Assembly: GCA_000165425.1 (NCBI GenBank)
Contig: CT868042.1
Location: 62,001-126,000 of the forward strand
Source: Paramecium tetraurelia
Lineage: Eukaryota
Reading direction: 5' to 3'
Length of the DNA: 64,000 bases
Part shown: one piece after another, positions 13,811-28,308 of the stretch
How the letters are laid out: each line of letters opens with the position of its first letter
Position numbering within the stretch: position 1 is the first letter of the stretch
Made by a program: the position numbers and the translations under genes
The notes under the pieces: generated by a model
Database searches by the model: none
Seen by the model: the letters and a program-made list of their open reading frames with translations, nothing else
What the model was told of the DNA's origin: nothing

Positions 13811-14718
13811 ATTATTAATTTTAAAGTTAATTATTATTAAAATTGCTTTGCATTTTTCCTTTAATTTATTGAATTAGCTTAAAATAAAGTTAGATGATTA
13901 ATTAAGACTAGAGAATGGTATCTATTCTAAGCACATATGATCTTACCTTACAAAAGCACATTATATCGGTCACCTCTTATGAATAGACTACAATACACTA
14001 AAATTAGCAATCCTCTTTTTCTATATATAACCATAATAACCATAATATTCTAAATAATATTTTAATATTCCTAGTTTAAGTCTTTCTTTTTCAATTATCT
14101 AGCAAATATTTTTTTCTTTCCTTTAAAATTTGTTTCACAATATAATTACTTATAGGTTTTTGCCTTCTTAATTTTCGAAAAGGAACATTTTGAAGTAAAA
14201 TATCAGAATAAATTAATAATAAGGATTTCCATAAATAAATAAGTATTTTATTAATTGGTAATACAGATTCTTTCTTTTCTAAATTAATTAAATCCTAATT
14301 TTCTGTCGATTAAAGAGGTTGAAATACTTAGGTTGTTAATCAATTCCTCAGATTTTTTTAGAATAGGATTGATTATTAAAATCAAATAAATGAATGGAAA
14401 TAAATTGAAATCGAGGAAGAATAAAATAATATCTCAAATTATACAATAGGAAGCAAGATTGAATCGATCTTGTAATAATCGATTACCATCCATATATCAA
14501 TCAGCCCGTGCATAAAAAATACAGGTCTAGATAAGTTAACCATACAAGCAATTTAGATTAACTAGGTACAAAAATGAATCAATTCCATTCGGAACTCAGT
14601 TATTAGATATTAAGAAGAAATAGTTAACATCTACGACTTTACACACACTTGAGGAGAGCTTATGAAGTAATATAACTAACTAAAAATCACAATAATTTGA
14701 TCTAACAATATACTCAAT

Positions 14719-16271
14719 TCATTTATATCTTGCCTTTAATTCTTTTCTCTCGGCTTCATTTACGACATTTTTGTCTATTGTCTTAGTATGCAATATTTAC
14801 CAGAGACCATGTCTAATATATCATCTAAATTGGCTAAATCATCTGGCAAAAAGGGAACTAATGATGCATCAAAATTTAGATTATCACTTCTTACTTCTAA
14901 CATCTTTTTATAATCATAGTCCTTTTTCTACTCCAACATAATTTGGACTATTTGAACAAAAAGACTTAATTAAATGCAATATTTACGTAACATAACCTAA
15001 ATCAGCCATTTTAACGACTTCAGATCTAAAGAAATTAGGGCCAAAAACTACAGCCATATTATAAGCAGTCATTAAATTATCATTTTATTCTTTAATGACT
15101 GAATATAGGAACCCTAGAGAGAAAAGTAATATTTCTCGATTCAGTTCTGGCATATAATCGAATAGCATCTGCACACTTACTTCCATATTTTACTCAATTT
15201 ATGGTTTATTTTAAACAACCCATTCATAGAGTTGAAATGTCATAATTGGTTCTCTCAATCTTAAGAAAAATTATTTAAAAACACATGCAATAGTATGAGC
15301 ATTTTCAACTTTATTCACAAATCCTACTTTTTAACATGCCAATGCTGCCTCGACTACTTTCTCTTCATAAACAACGGCTTACTTTCTAAATATTCCTTCT
15401 GTTTTGAGTTTTTCTGGTTATTTTTCAAAGTATTAAACAAGCATATCTAGAATGACTGGAATGCCATATTTGTTTCTTTCGTATTCGTGTAAATTCAATC
15501 CCAAAATCTTAGAATCTTTATCAAAATTATCATCTGAATCTATATCATCATCTCCAACCGCCTATTAGGTTTGCTATTTCCTGAAAACAGTCCTTTTTCT
15601 TTTATTCTCGATATCTTTATAAGATTAATCGTAAGCTTTAACACTTTCTGGTAATGCAGCTAACATCTTATATTTAAACCATTCTTCTTTGGATAATATG
15701 AGGAGTCTAGATATTAATATGCTATAATACGTATCTTCAAAGGTAGTGATTTTCTTAAAAAAGGATTTGATTTCATTCATTCCAAAAATACCTCCTCCTT
15801 TAACAATAAAATTTGCATGAAGGACAATAAATTTCTTCATATGAAAAAAGTATTTTTCAGGTAGAGTTCCATAAAAGTCTTTGAAATCATTGAGAGTTGA
15901 GGCAGTCATCATATTAGTATTGAAAAAGACTATGATAAAAAATCTATCAATTTTTGGATGCATGGTTTCAATGACATCAATTTTAAAAGAATCATAATCT
16001 TATTTTTTACTTTGATCAGGAATGTGTTCTCCATAAATGAAATAGACTTATAATTCATCATTCTCATTGCCTGAGTAATTTAATGATATAAAATCATACT
16101 TACTAATTGTATTGCTGGTTTTTTTGTGTAACTTTCAGATTTCTTGAAATATTGAGCTACTTGAAGTTGAATTTCATAATTCTTTTGATTCTGTTACATC
16201 TGGTCTTTCAATGGATTGACTTTGATTTTTTGTTTAAGGAAAGCCTCAGCATCATTAATTGATTAATCCAT
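14719..16271 (-). CDS. Rho GTPase-activating protein with BCH/CRAL-TRIO-like N-terminal domain
   Basis: RhoGAP motifs 'GIPVIL...KTEGIFRK' (arginine finger), 'ACVFKQFFLRLREPIMTF' and 'NLMTAYNMAVVFGPNFF'. Upstream 'LPEKYFFHMKKFIVLHANF' resembles the BCH/CRAL-TRIO motif. Confidence 0.85.
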
Positions 16272-16884
16272 AAAAATAATATTATAACAATTAAACAATA
16301 GAGAAAGAGTAATTATAATTACAAGAAATACTTAAATGGAAGAGATTCTTTAAGATAATTTAATGTTTATTCTTATAAGCTTCTGAAAAAGTATTCAACT
16401 AATTAAGTATCAATTTATTAAATTGTTTTTCGATTATCCTTAATAGTTTAAGCCATCCCTATCATATCAGCTGCATTTACAAGGTAGAACTATTGCAGAA
16501 TTAGTTTATTTTGCTTTATTAAATCTTCAGAATAATTTGAAGCAAGAAGGGTTTCAAGTTAAAATCAAAATTTCAATTTATTTTAAAAAATTTACTTCGT
16601 ATTCAACACCTTAACAATTTCAAAAAAAATTAATAAAATGGAGTTCAATCATATCGTTCAGAAATTTAAATCAAAGTCAATATGCAATTACAAAATTACT
16701 GTCCATCCTACTCTTATAAAATTTAGAGACTCATATAAAACATAAGATAGTTTTATTGATCAACTAACTTAGTTTATCGAACTCTTTATTGCCATAAGAG
16801 CAATTGAGGATGGTGGCATTCACCAAATGGCAACTACTTTATTAAACTGTATATACATAAATAATTGATTATAATAATATAAAA

Positions 16885-18368
16885 ATGAGTGTTCGTAGAG
16901 TTTAATCAGCAGTAGCTTCAAGTAAATAGACCTCAGCAGTGATTCCACTTTCAGAGTTGAAGAGAATGCAAGACCATATTACAGTATATCATCAAGATAC
17001 TCCGGAGAAATTTGAATTGTATTAATAACTGTTCACATAGGCATAAATTATCGTAGGATCGTGTAAAGAATTGGAATAACACTTTGAAATAGAACAAGGT
17101 ATAGAAGGACAGAACCAAGTATTCAATTTGTAAATCTCATTTAAGGTTTGAACGTTTTAAGTAGGACGAGGAAGAAAGGAGAAAAATAGATGAAGATGAA
17201 CGTCGATATTAGGCACTTGTCAAATAACAAATCTTAGAAAAAGCTAACAAATAAATCTATGAGAATAATGAACGTATTAGACAGTTTCAATCTAAAATGC
17301 TTGTTGTAGATGCACTTTAAGAAAGAGAAGGATAAAAATAAATTAAAGGGATGTAGAAACTCTTAGAGAAGGAAAGAGAAAAGGTGCAATATGAACAAAT
17401 GTTGGAAATACAGGCTGAAAAAGATTTATTAGAAAAGAAGAAATAATAGGAATTAGTGGAGAAAAAGAAATAACAGCACGATATGCTTAAGAAATAGCAT
17501 GATATTATGAGAGTAATGTTTGTTAATTTAAGAATAGGATAAATTTATTAAGTAGGTTCAAGAAGAAAAGATAGAAGGAGAATTAATGAAGGCAAAAGTC
17601 CAGGCTGATTTAGAAGAGGAATAAAGAATTGCGAAGTAAAGGAAGGATAAAGTCTTGGAAAATCAATAATTATTAATTTAGGGTAATGAGGTGTTGAAGA
17701 AGCAAAGGGAATTGGAGAAGTAGAAATAATTAGAAGAGGAAAAAAAGATTGAGGAACATGCTAAGAAGAAGGAAAGAGTTTTGGAAATCAGGAAAATTAG
17801 AGATGAATAGAGAAAGGCAGAAAAGTAAGCATAAAGATAAAAATTGATTGATGCTTAAACAGAAAAATTGAGGAAATAAAAGGAAGAATAAGAAAAATTA
17901 TTAAATAAAAATATTATTGAAGCTGAGATTAAAGCAGAAGAGGTTGAAAAAATGAAAAAAGAGTAGAGACGTAAATTATAAAGTGCAATAAGTTATAGTC
18001 ACAAAGTGAAAATGGAAATTAAATAATAATAGGAAGAAGAAGAGAAGAAATTGAATTAAGAATTTTAATAATATTGGATTAATAGAAATAAAGAATTGCA
18101 TGAACAGGAACTTCGAGAGAAAATGGAAATTAGAAAAAAGAATTAAGAATTAAAAGATTTTCATCATTAATAAGAAAATGAACGAACTCAAAAAAGAACA
18201 TAGGAAATCATGAAAAATTTTGATGAAAGAGATAAATGTTTATAAAGATTAGATAATCAAGATAAAGAATTTGACGAATGGGCTGCTTAGATTGTTAAGA
18301 GATATTAAGCAGAAGGCAAAAACACTGATATTTTGATGAAGGAACTCAAATAATTCAAACATAAATGA
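16885..18368 (+). CDS. Trichohyalin-plectin-homology coiled-coil ciliary protein, CFAP210/CCDC173-like
   Basis: 'DRVKNWNNTL', 'EERRKIDEDE' and 'ILEKANKQIYENNERIRQFQSKMLVVDALQEREGQ', followed by a long E/K/Q/R coiled coil. Three short introns; TGA at 18366. Confidence 0.7.
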
Positions 18369-18583
18369 TGAATTTGACTAAATTTATGAAATTTTTAATA
18401 TAAATATTATCCTAATTAAGTGTAATAACATTATTTCTTTATGTTTAGTTTATATAAAATTCATCAATTAATTATCGATTTTCTTTTATAAAATTTAAAA
18501 ATTAAATGAAATTTTGAAGAAAGAAAATAAAAATTTAGGTTGTTTGTAATTTATATATTTTGTGATAAACATCACTAAGATTA

Positions 18584-20043
<1,460 letters not shown>

Positions 20044-20179
20044 TCACCTCATAATATCTTTTTTTTAATTAATTTCCCCTACCCCTTAATATATTTTATA
20101 AAAGAAAATTGTAATTAATTTATGAACAATAATTATTGATCATAATTTATCATATGAAACCGAAAATATAAAATAATTA

Positions 20180-20648
20180 ATGACGAAAGTTGTCAATTAC
20201 AAAGTAAATGGATCTGGAAGAGATACATACATCAATTATGGAAATGGTGGATTCTATAAATCAGACTCATTGCATACAGAGGACTCCTTTTGCTCCTTGT
20301 CAAAGCAGAACTCATTGCCCATTATTAATAGCAAATTCAAGCTTTATCACACAGATGGCACAGGTCGAGATTCTTACATCAGGTATGTGAAATGAATACA
20401 AAAAGCGAGGGTCAGGGCGGGTTCTATAGCTATCAACCCAAATTAAATTTTTTAGGCAGATTACGACGCTATGAGCCATCTCCTGAGGCCATCAGAGAAA
20501 ACGACTTTCTAAGAAGAAGCTAATTGGTCAAACCAGCCAAGGAGCAAGAGCGACAGCTCAAGTAGCAGTGTTAGAGTATTTTAGATAGAGCGCAGTGGTG
20601 GAACAAGTCACTCAGAGACTACAATTACCCAAAATCAAAAAGGAATGA
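20180..20648 (+). CDS. Small protein with two G(S/T)GRD(T/S)YI...GGFY repeats
   Basis: YKVNGSGRDTYINYGNGGFY and YHTDGTGRDSYISEGQGGFY; the second copy is restored by splicing the intron at 20383-20405. A second 23-nt intron gives the C-terminus VTQRLQLPKIKKE-TGA. Confidence 0.7.
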
Positions 20649-20676
20649 TTTATTATAATATATATATATATTTAAA

Positions 20677-23565
20677 ATGTCAGATAGCTCATCGGATGAA
20701 GATTATCGCAAGTTCAACAGGAAGGCTAAGAAGTCTTAAGCACGCACAAACGTCCAAGATCCAGAATCCACTCGGTTTGCCTAAGAATTCGCATAGAGAT
20801 TGTTACGAGAGAGAGGATGTACATAGTGTGTATGCTAAGGGAAGTTGACATCACTGAAGAAGAGATGGGATTCAAGAAACAAACTACTAAATAAGTGAAG
20901 GCCACTACTTACGTGCATAGTATTGATTAGGCCACATTCAAAGAATTACAAAAGGAATTCAATAAATGCGAGAACATAGGTCAGATATGCACCATCCTAA
21001 AAGCATTAAGTAATCATAAAGAAGCCACACCATAGCAATAATAATAGTATAAGATCTAGAGAAGCGACTTCTTGATCAAAAATAGAATGTATGAGGAAGC
21101 CAAAACAGAATGCTTTGAATTGTTAGAGAAGGAATTGTAAACTTTGGACAAAGTGAAGGTCTTGTTATCATTATGTAAGGCATAATTAGAGACGAATGAA
21201 ACATATAATGGATGCATGTAAGCATTGAGATTAAAAAGCTATGCTGAAACAGTTAAATTGATGCCATCATTTAATCTGGGTATATATGATCTTACTCCAG
21301 AGTAAATTTACAAACAAATAGATGATATCTATTAAAATACTATATTTAAGATCTAGAGAGATAATAAAAAGGTGATATCTCTTTTAGGAGTATAAGGTAA
21401 TAGTGCAACCGGTTGTTTGGGTTAAGGGGACTTAACGTAATGCAGTGAGTTGACTTAATATTCGATATTCAAAAACAGGAAAATACTCTCTATTGGATGT
21501 GGAGAACATCATGTTTTAGTTTTAATAAGTGGTTGTTCATGTATCAATCCCTTTTTGGTCAGTTAATGTAAAGGAGAAAAATGCAATAATGGTAATGAAG
21601 TCTTTGGTTGGGGAGAGAATTTCTTGGGTCAAGTAACCATGAGTGAATTAGATGGAAATTTTATTAGTGTCCCATATAATATTAGTTAATTAAGCAATAA
21701 GAACATTATTGGAGTTCAAGCATACAAAAGCTCATCAATTGCTTGGGATTCTGAAGGTCGGATATATCAGTGGGGAGCTAAACACATACTCAAAATAGAC
21801 CCTATTGCAGAAATTTAATAGATCATATTGGGTTTCAAATTTGGAGCTGTTCTCGCTAAAAAGTCATTGTTTATCATTGGGGAATTGGATGAAAATATTA
21901 AATATCCTAAACTAACTAAATTAGCTGATAATATTGATTAAATTGCAGGTGGAGATAACCATTTGTTATCACTTAACTCATAAGGTGAAGTTTGGGGAAT
22001 TGGATAAAATAAGTTTCATTAGTTAGGGGTGAATAATCATCAACAATATTCGTAAATATAAGAGGAGGAATGCTTTTATATTAATGCTAATGAAAATGCT
22101 AGTATTTTTGTTACTTCTGATGGTGAGGTCTTGTATTGTGGTTAAGTGAGCAAAGAAAAAGTAATTGATTACCCTAAAACATTGCAAATTGATGAAGATG
22201 TCTAAATTATTTAAGCTTGCACATATGAAGGTGTGATCTATGCTTTGAATTTGCAAGGAAAGATATTTAGATGGGATATTGACAAAGAACCGAAATCTAA
22301 GTAATTCTTCTCCGCTCCTGTAAGACAACTCCATCTTTGCAGGGGAATCAGACTTTGTGAATCAACTGCCTTATAAGGGGAATGGTGTAAATTGGAATTA
22401 GAAGATGAGGATTAAGAAGAATTCGAAACCTTTTCAGATATTAATCTCATTATCAACCTAGGAGATAAGTATGGTCCATATGGAATCAAACAAACACATC
22501 CTATTAGATATAATATCTTTGTTTCTGATGATTCTGAAATTACTCCTGATTAGTTATTACACAAAAATCAAGTGGTCTCTATGAGCAAGATTTAGTCGTA
22601 ATAAGATAATAAGATCTATCTTAATTACATGAACGATGGCTACAAAGCTGAAATTAAGGAACTAGATGAACCATCTAAACATAAACTTGTTTTGTAGGTG
22701 AACAAACCAGGGAATTATTTCGTTTATTTATATTTGAATGAGTAATTACTTATCGATTGTCCTTTGACTCTCAATTTAGTGGCTGGAAGCAGATAAGAGG
22801 AGTTGATGTAAGCAGAAGAATTAAAGAAATAATAATAATAAGCAGAATTACAAAGGAAATAAGCTTTGTTATTGAAAAAATAATAGGAAGAAGATGAGAG
22901 ATAGAGAATGTTGAATGAATAATAATAAGAACTTTAGTAGAGATAATAGGAGACAAGTAAAAATATAGTTTATTTATATAGAGAAAAGAGCTGATGAGAA
23001 ATTATAATAATATCAATTAAAAATGTAGGAAGAAAAAAGACAAAAAGAGGAAGAAAGATAATAAAAGAAGGATTTATTAACAGGAGGAGGTTTTGATTTG
23101 AATAAAGTAAAATAGTAGCAATAATAATAACAATAACAATAATAACAATAATAATAATAATAGGAATAAATTTAAAATAATAATCAACCTAAGAAAATTA
23201 TTAAATAAGTTAATACTGCTTTAAGTTAAAAGGTTAAACAATAGATGCAAAATTTATAATAAGAAAGATAATAATTACAATAATTAAATAATCAATAGTA
23301 ATAATAATAATAATAATAAAAATAAACTAAACCTCAATCTTAACCTCCAAAATTAAACCCAGTAAAAGCCACTCCTAAAGTACTTCAAAGTATTTAATCA
23401 ACTAAAACTACTGACAAAGCATTTTCTACATAGGAGACCTTCAAAGAAATGCAATAGACAGGATAATTTAGAAAAACAGATACTTAATTGTAAAAAATAC
23501 AATAAGAATTCCAATAAGAATTGTAATAGCTGAAACGACAGGAATCAAATAAATATAAAAGATGA
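20677..23565 (+). CDS. RCC1-repeat protein with helical (TPR-like) N-terminus, coiled coil and poly-Gln C-terminal tail
   Basis: RCC1 motifs 'ILSIGCGEHHVLVL', 'VFGWGENFLGQV' and 'IAGGDNHLLSLNSQGEVWGIGQNKFHQLG'. Q-rich tail encoded largely by TAA; TGA at 23563. Confidence 0.8.
23113..23163 (+). repeat. (TAA/CAA/TAG)n trinucleotide run encoding 17 consecutive Gln
   Basis: TAG TAG CAA TAA TAA TAA CAA TAA CAA TAA TAA CAA TAA TAA TAA TAA TAG, in frame within the RCC1 gene. A second TAA run lies near 23294-23320. Confidence 0.85.
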
Positions 23566-23594
23566 TTAAATATATTTAATTATATAAATATCAA

Positions 23595-23964
23595 ATGAAA
23601 TATCAAGTTGATAATAAAAGTACAGAATTACGAACTGAACAATGCTAAACAACTAAATAAGTTTTAATATCTCATAATGGAGACTTACCTCTTATTAGTC
23701 AAACTGATATTTCGTATCCAAAAGTTCCATAGACTAGAGAATCTCAAAAATTATAATGTGTAAACTGCCAAAAAGTATCTAATTCAAAATTAAAATATAA
23801 AAATGGAAAAGGTGCACATTTACTTATACTTTTGTTTGTTGTATTTATTATTACAATACCTTTGGCAATTCTTGTTTACTTTCTAAAAAGATTTCAAAGA
23901 TGTAGAACACTATTGTGCAGAATGCGGATGTTTAATAGGAACATAGCATTTTTTAATTGGATGA
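23595..23964 (+). CDS. LITAF-domain (CxxC - hydrophobic - HxCxxC) protein, apparent 1-nt frameshift
   Basis: 'LQCVNCQK...G...hydrophobic stretch' is in the start frame; 'FKDVEHYCAECGCLIG' is in the +1 frame after about 23890. Confidence 0.75.
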
Positions 23965-24950
23965 TTTATATATCATAATTAAAATGATTTATCATATTTC
24001 AATCAAGCTTGCATAATCATATAATTAAGCTTAATTCTAAAAACTAACAAGATTTTCAACACTTTTCGATCAATTTTTCAATTATTCTAACAATGAAGTA
24101 GTCATCTTATCATTTTTGATCTTAAAAATTCCTAAATAAAATTAATTATTATGATCATGTTGTTTATATCCAATTTTGTAAGTAAAATTATTGATTGCCT
24201 ATCAATAATGATTTTAATTGATAAATACCTTAAATTCTGCTTTTTCTCCAGTTCTTCGTTAGTTCTAACTGTTTGTTCATTATTTACAAAAAATGAAAAT
24301 TTTTAACTAGTTAGTAATCAACTGTCAAATTTTGCTTTATATATTATATAATTAAAATTTCAAGTAATAATTTGCCATGAAATTATTAAAATCTTTCTAG
24401 TTCTTTATTTATTAAAATAAAATGGTTTTTCAAACACTTCAAAATTTGATATTTTCGTATTGATGATTTGAGATTTTTGCATGTTCCCCTACGTTTACTC
24501 TCTTAAATCAACTAATAATAAGCTATCAATCAAAAATGTACTTCCAAGAACATATGTGGCATGCATGAGGTCATCATACATGTCACTTTCTATTAAATTC
24601 ACTTAGACCATTTCTAAAAAAAAAATTCTTATTTTTCTCAAAACCTCTCTTCATATGAATCTTTAATTATGATTAGGATGTGATATTTATATAGCTTTTT
24701 TTATTGTTTCTAAAAACAAAGTTTATGAATAATTTGATTAGCTCATTTTTGAGTTTACTTGTAGGAAGAGTAATCTTGTAAATTTACTGCTTACAGATTT
24801 TCAACAAGGTGGATTAGTGGTGCTTTATAATTTATTTGTTCAAGGATAGAATGGTCTGAAAGATACTTCACTGTTACTTTATGAGATTATAAAATATTAA
24901 TTTGTTGTATTAAATAAAAAAATGTAAAAATGAAACACAAAAATATAATA

Positions 24951-26428
24951 TCACACTCTTCTGCTAATTCTGGATGGTTTTAAATCCCTGACATAAATTT
25001 ACTATTTTTAAAGTCCAGAGAGATCGTTTAAGGTATTTATGGAGTCGAGATTTGGTTTGTCAATAGTTTGATTGATAATGCATTTTGATTTAAATGTCAT
25101 AGAGTTTCCTGCGAAGTCAGTTGCTAACACTGGGGGCAAATCAGCGAAGAAGGGATGCTAGAGTGCTTGGTAAGCAGTAATTCTCTCATCAGGATCCTTG
25201 GCTAACATTGCCTTCAATAAAGACTTAAATTTATTATCGTTTGTTTTACGATGCAATTTTTGGAATAATTATATTATTGAACAATAGACCAGTCTATTTA
25301 GCATTTTTTGTTGTTTGCTAAGACTTGATCAGAGGTTTATCCTTAAAAACAACTGATGCCTTTGGACAATCTAATTGTATGATAATATTGTACAATTTGA
25401 AAAAGACAACACCTAGACTAAAGATATCGCAGAGAGATGTCCAAGCTTTTTGTTAGTCTTTTTTCATATTAACGATTTCTGGAGCCATATAGCCAGGAGT
25501 TCCACATCTGTTATATTACAATTAATTTTTGATGCTTAATCCAAAATCAATAATTTTGACATTCCTAAAGGATGATAGAGAGATCATAATGTTCTATGGT
25601 TTAATATCTCTATGAATCACTTATTCTTAATGAATGATAACCATAGCTTTAAGGATTGCCTACAACATAATTTTGATGTCGTATTCTTTGAGCTTATTTT
25701 GATGTTTTTTGAGTTGTTCAATAAGAGTAGCCAAACATATTCCATCAACAAATTCTACAATGATTCCATACTGATGTTCTTCGATTCTAAAAACTTCAAA
25801 TATTTTGAGGATGGATTCGTTATTCAATGAATGTAAAATTCCGATTTCGTTTTCTAATAATTACTGAATACAATTAAATGCATAAATACCATATTCTCCT
25901 TATCATTCTTTTACTTACTGGATACTTGCTTCATTGCAAATGCCTTGTCATCATGCAACCTATGAACTTTATGGACTTTAGAAAATGAACCCTGTCCAAT
26001 CACTTTTTCTAATTTATAATGTTCATCAAGTGAATGGAACCCAATTAAACAACTGATTGCCTAACGAAATTTGGTTAATTGTTCAGAAGAAGCTTCAAAA
26101 TACTTCACATTCTTTCTTTGAAAATATTAGTTTAAAAATAATTACTTACTTATATTTAATACCGAAGGCTTTGTTCTACCCATTCTCCTATTTCCAATAA
26201 ACTGTATTCTTGAGATTCAACTCCAACTTGTATTTGGGGTTGGGGTCGTTGAAATGCTACTTCTAAATAGTTGTGTACCTCTCCTAATGTAATCATATTA
26301 TGAAGTGCATGAACATGATACACTTTATCCTTAAAAAGATGTCGGCGTAAACATTTGAAGGAGTACTTCACATTCCCATAATTGATTGATGGCAAAGATT
26401 GTTAATTTTCACCTACAGACTAATTCAT
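24951..26428 (-). CDS. Ser/Thr protein kinase (CAMK-like) with N-terminal PH-like region
   Basis: [49 protein letters not shown], 'MLAKDPDERITAYQALQHPFF'. Several short introns. Confidence 0.9.
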
Positions 26429-26459
26429 TCGTAAAATTAATATATATTTATAATTAATA

Positions 26460-27700
26460 GTTTCAATTAGTTAGGCTGAATAACTTGATTTAATTTTTGG
26501 CTCCAATCTATTAATAAAAACCAGTTATATAATTGATTTACACATTCATTTTTGAAATCTTCAACCTTCTATCAGAGGTTAATCTCAAGGTTATCATAAG
26601 GCTAATCTTGCCTCATTAAAGGATAAAAATCTCTCCAAATGCCATTTGATGCGTTCAAATATACCCTCCAATCATCCAGGCATTCTAAATAATAATTAAA
26701 TTGATTGTCGTACCAATCTATATAGCTAATGTCTTCCCTCAATATAATTGATTATTTTATTCTAGAGAATCCTGGGACAATCAGAATATATTCCAAATCA
26801 TTCAGATTTTATAGTATAATTTCTTTTTAACGAAATCAAATACTTTCCCAGTCTTATAACTTTAAATTCTTTACTTGAAAAAATGAAAAGATCTTAATCA
26901 ACAATAATTATGTATCATAAAAGCCTTTTAAAGATTATGAAATGAAAAACACTATACCCCTTGGATAGAAGACTTCATTTAGCATTCTATCATATTTTCT
27001 TTTTTCTTTTTTTAAAAAAAGAGTATTTTTCATTAATTATTCAATATACCCTTCATTCATATTGATCTTTTCTGTTAGTTTAATAAATAGTGGTTGCGAC
27101 TTTCCCCTTTCACATTTTTAGGAATGTTAAATAACAAAATAAGCTATCTTATTTAATAATGATATTCTTGGATTTTGCCTCTTCTTGATAGAATTCATCT
27201 AAAAATTATACTATTTTACATCAATAGAACACACTAACTAATGAATACAACCAAGTGCAGTATGAGTTTCTAACTTATAGGAATCATAGATTAGTCATAT
27301 AAAATAAATATTGAATTTATTTCAAATTTGGAACAGGAAATCTATTCCTTATTTTCACAATAGGGTTAAAAATTGAATTCACTATAGACTCATAGAATGT
27401 CATACTCCAATAATAGTGAATTTTTCATAAACAGACTTTTCTTTAATTGACCATATCTTGATGAAATATAATGAAATATATGTTAAATGTTTAACTTATT
27501 TGTGACATTATGATAAATTTAAATAAGCAGACCATATTCCAAATCTTTTGTTCTTAAAATGGCAGATAACTATTTTAAATAAAGAATAGATTCAAACATT
27601 TATATACTTTTCATCAAGTTTAATTGAGACTTTCAGAAAATTGGGGATAATCTTATTTTCTTATGAATATTTGAGACAAAAAACAAATGTTAAATTTTAA
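26460..27700 (-). pseudogene. Probable decayed gene remnant
   Basis: A protein-like stretch (DDLEYILIVPGFSRIK...ECLDDWRVYLNASNGIWRDFYPLMRQ...EINL*QKVEDFKNECVNQLYNWF) has an internal TGA at 26572-26574. No continuous frame can be followed upstream. Confidence 0.35.
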
Positions 27701-28308
27701 GTGTTGATATTATATATTTTTATTATATTAATTTAGGTCATTAATTATACTTGTTGATATTATCAATTATTATAAAATCGCAATAATATATTTGAAAATA
27801 CTAATCAATAAAGCCTTACTAATGATCCCCCTACAGTACTCTTTACTCTTATTAAGTGAATTTATCCAATAATTCTTCATTTAATAGAAAAGATATACTG
27901 AAAAATTCTGAAATTTCCTATGTTATTTTATCTTCAGAATAAAAGAATGAAGAGTTTTAGCTATCATCCTTAAGATTTGTAATTGTAATTTAATCTCTAT
28001 TCTGATGAAACTGGATTTGTATCTTTTGAGTTTATTATTGATATGACTATTCCATTATGTCTATGGGTAGATATCTTCACTTAGAAAAACACATATAAAG
28101 AGAATTTATCTTGAATTGCTCCTTAGGTAGTTTATCCTTGTTATTTGAATCATAAAGTTATTTTTGGTATCTGTTGATTTTCTATTTATTAATCCTAATT
28201 GTTGTTTCAAATTTCTACAAATTCCATAAGAATAAGTTATATTGTAAAATCAAAATAATTCAGATTGATAGTAATTTTATTGATGAATTTATATTATTTT
28301 ATCAAAAT

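Noticed and set aside
16300..16870. Possible small ORF at 16638-16868 (+)
   Set aside because: It is open for about 76 codons under code 6, but that is expected by chance with a single stop codon and no motif supports it.
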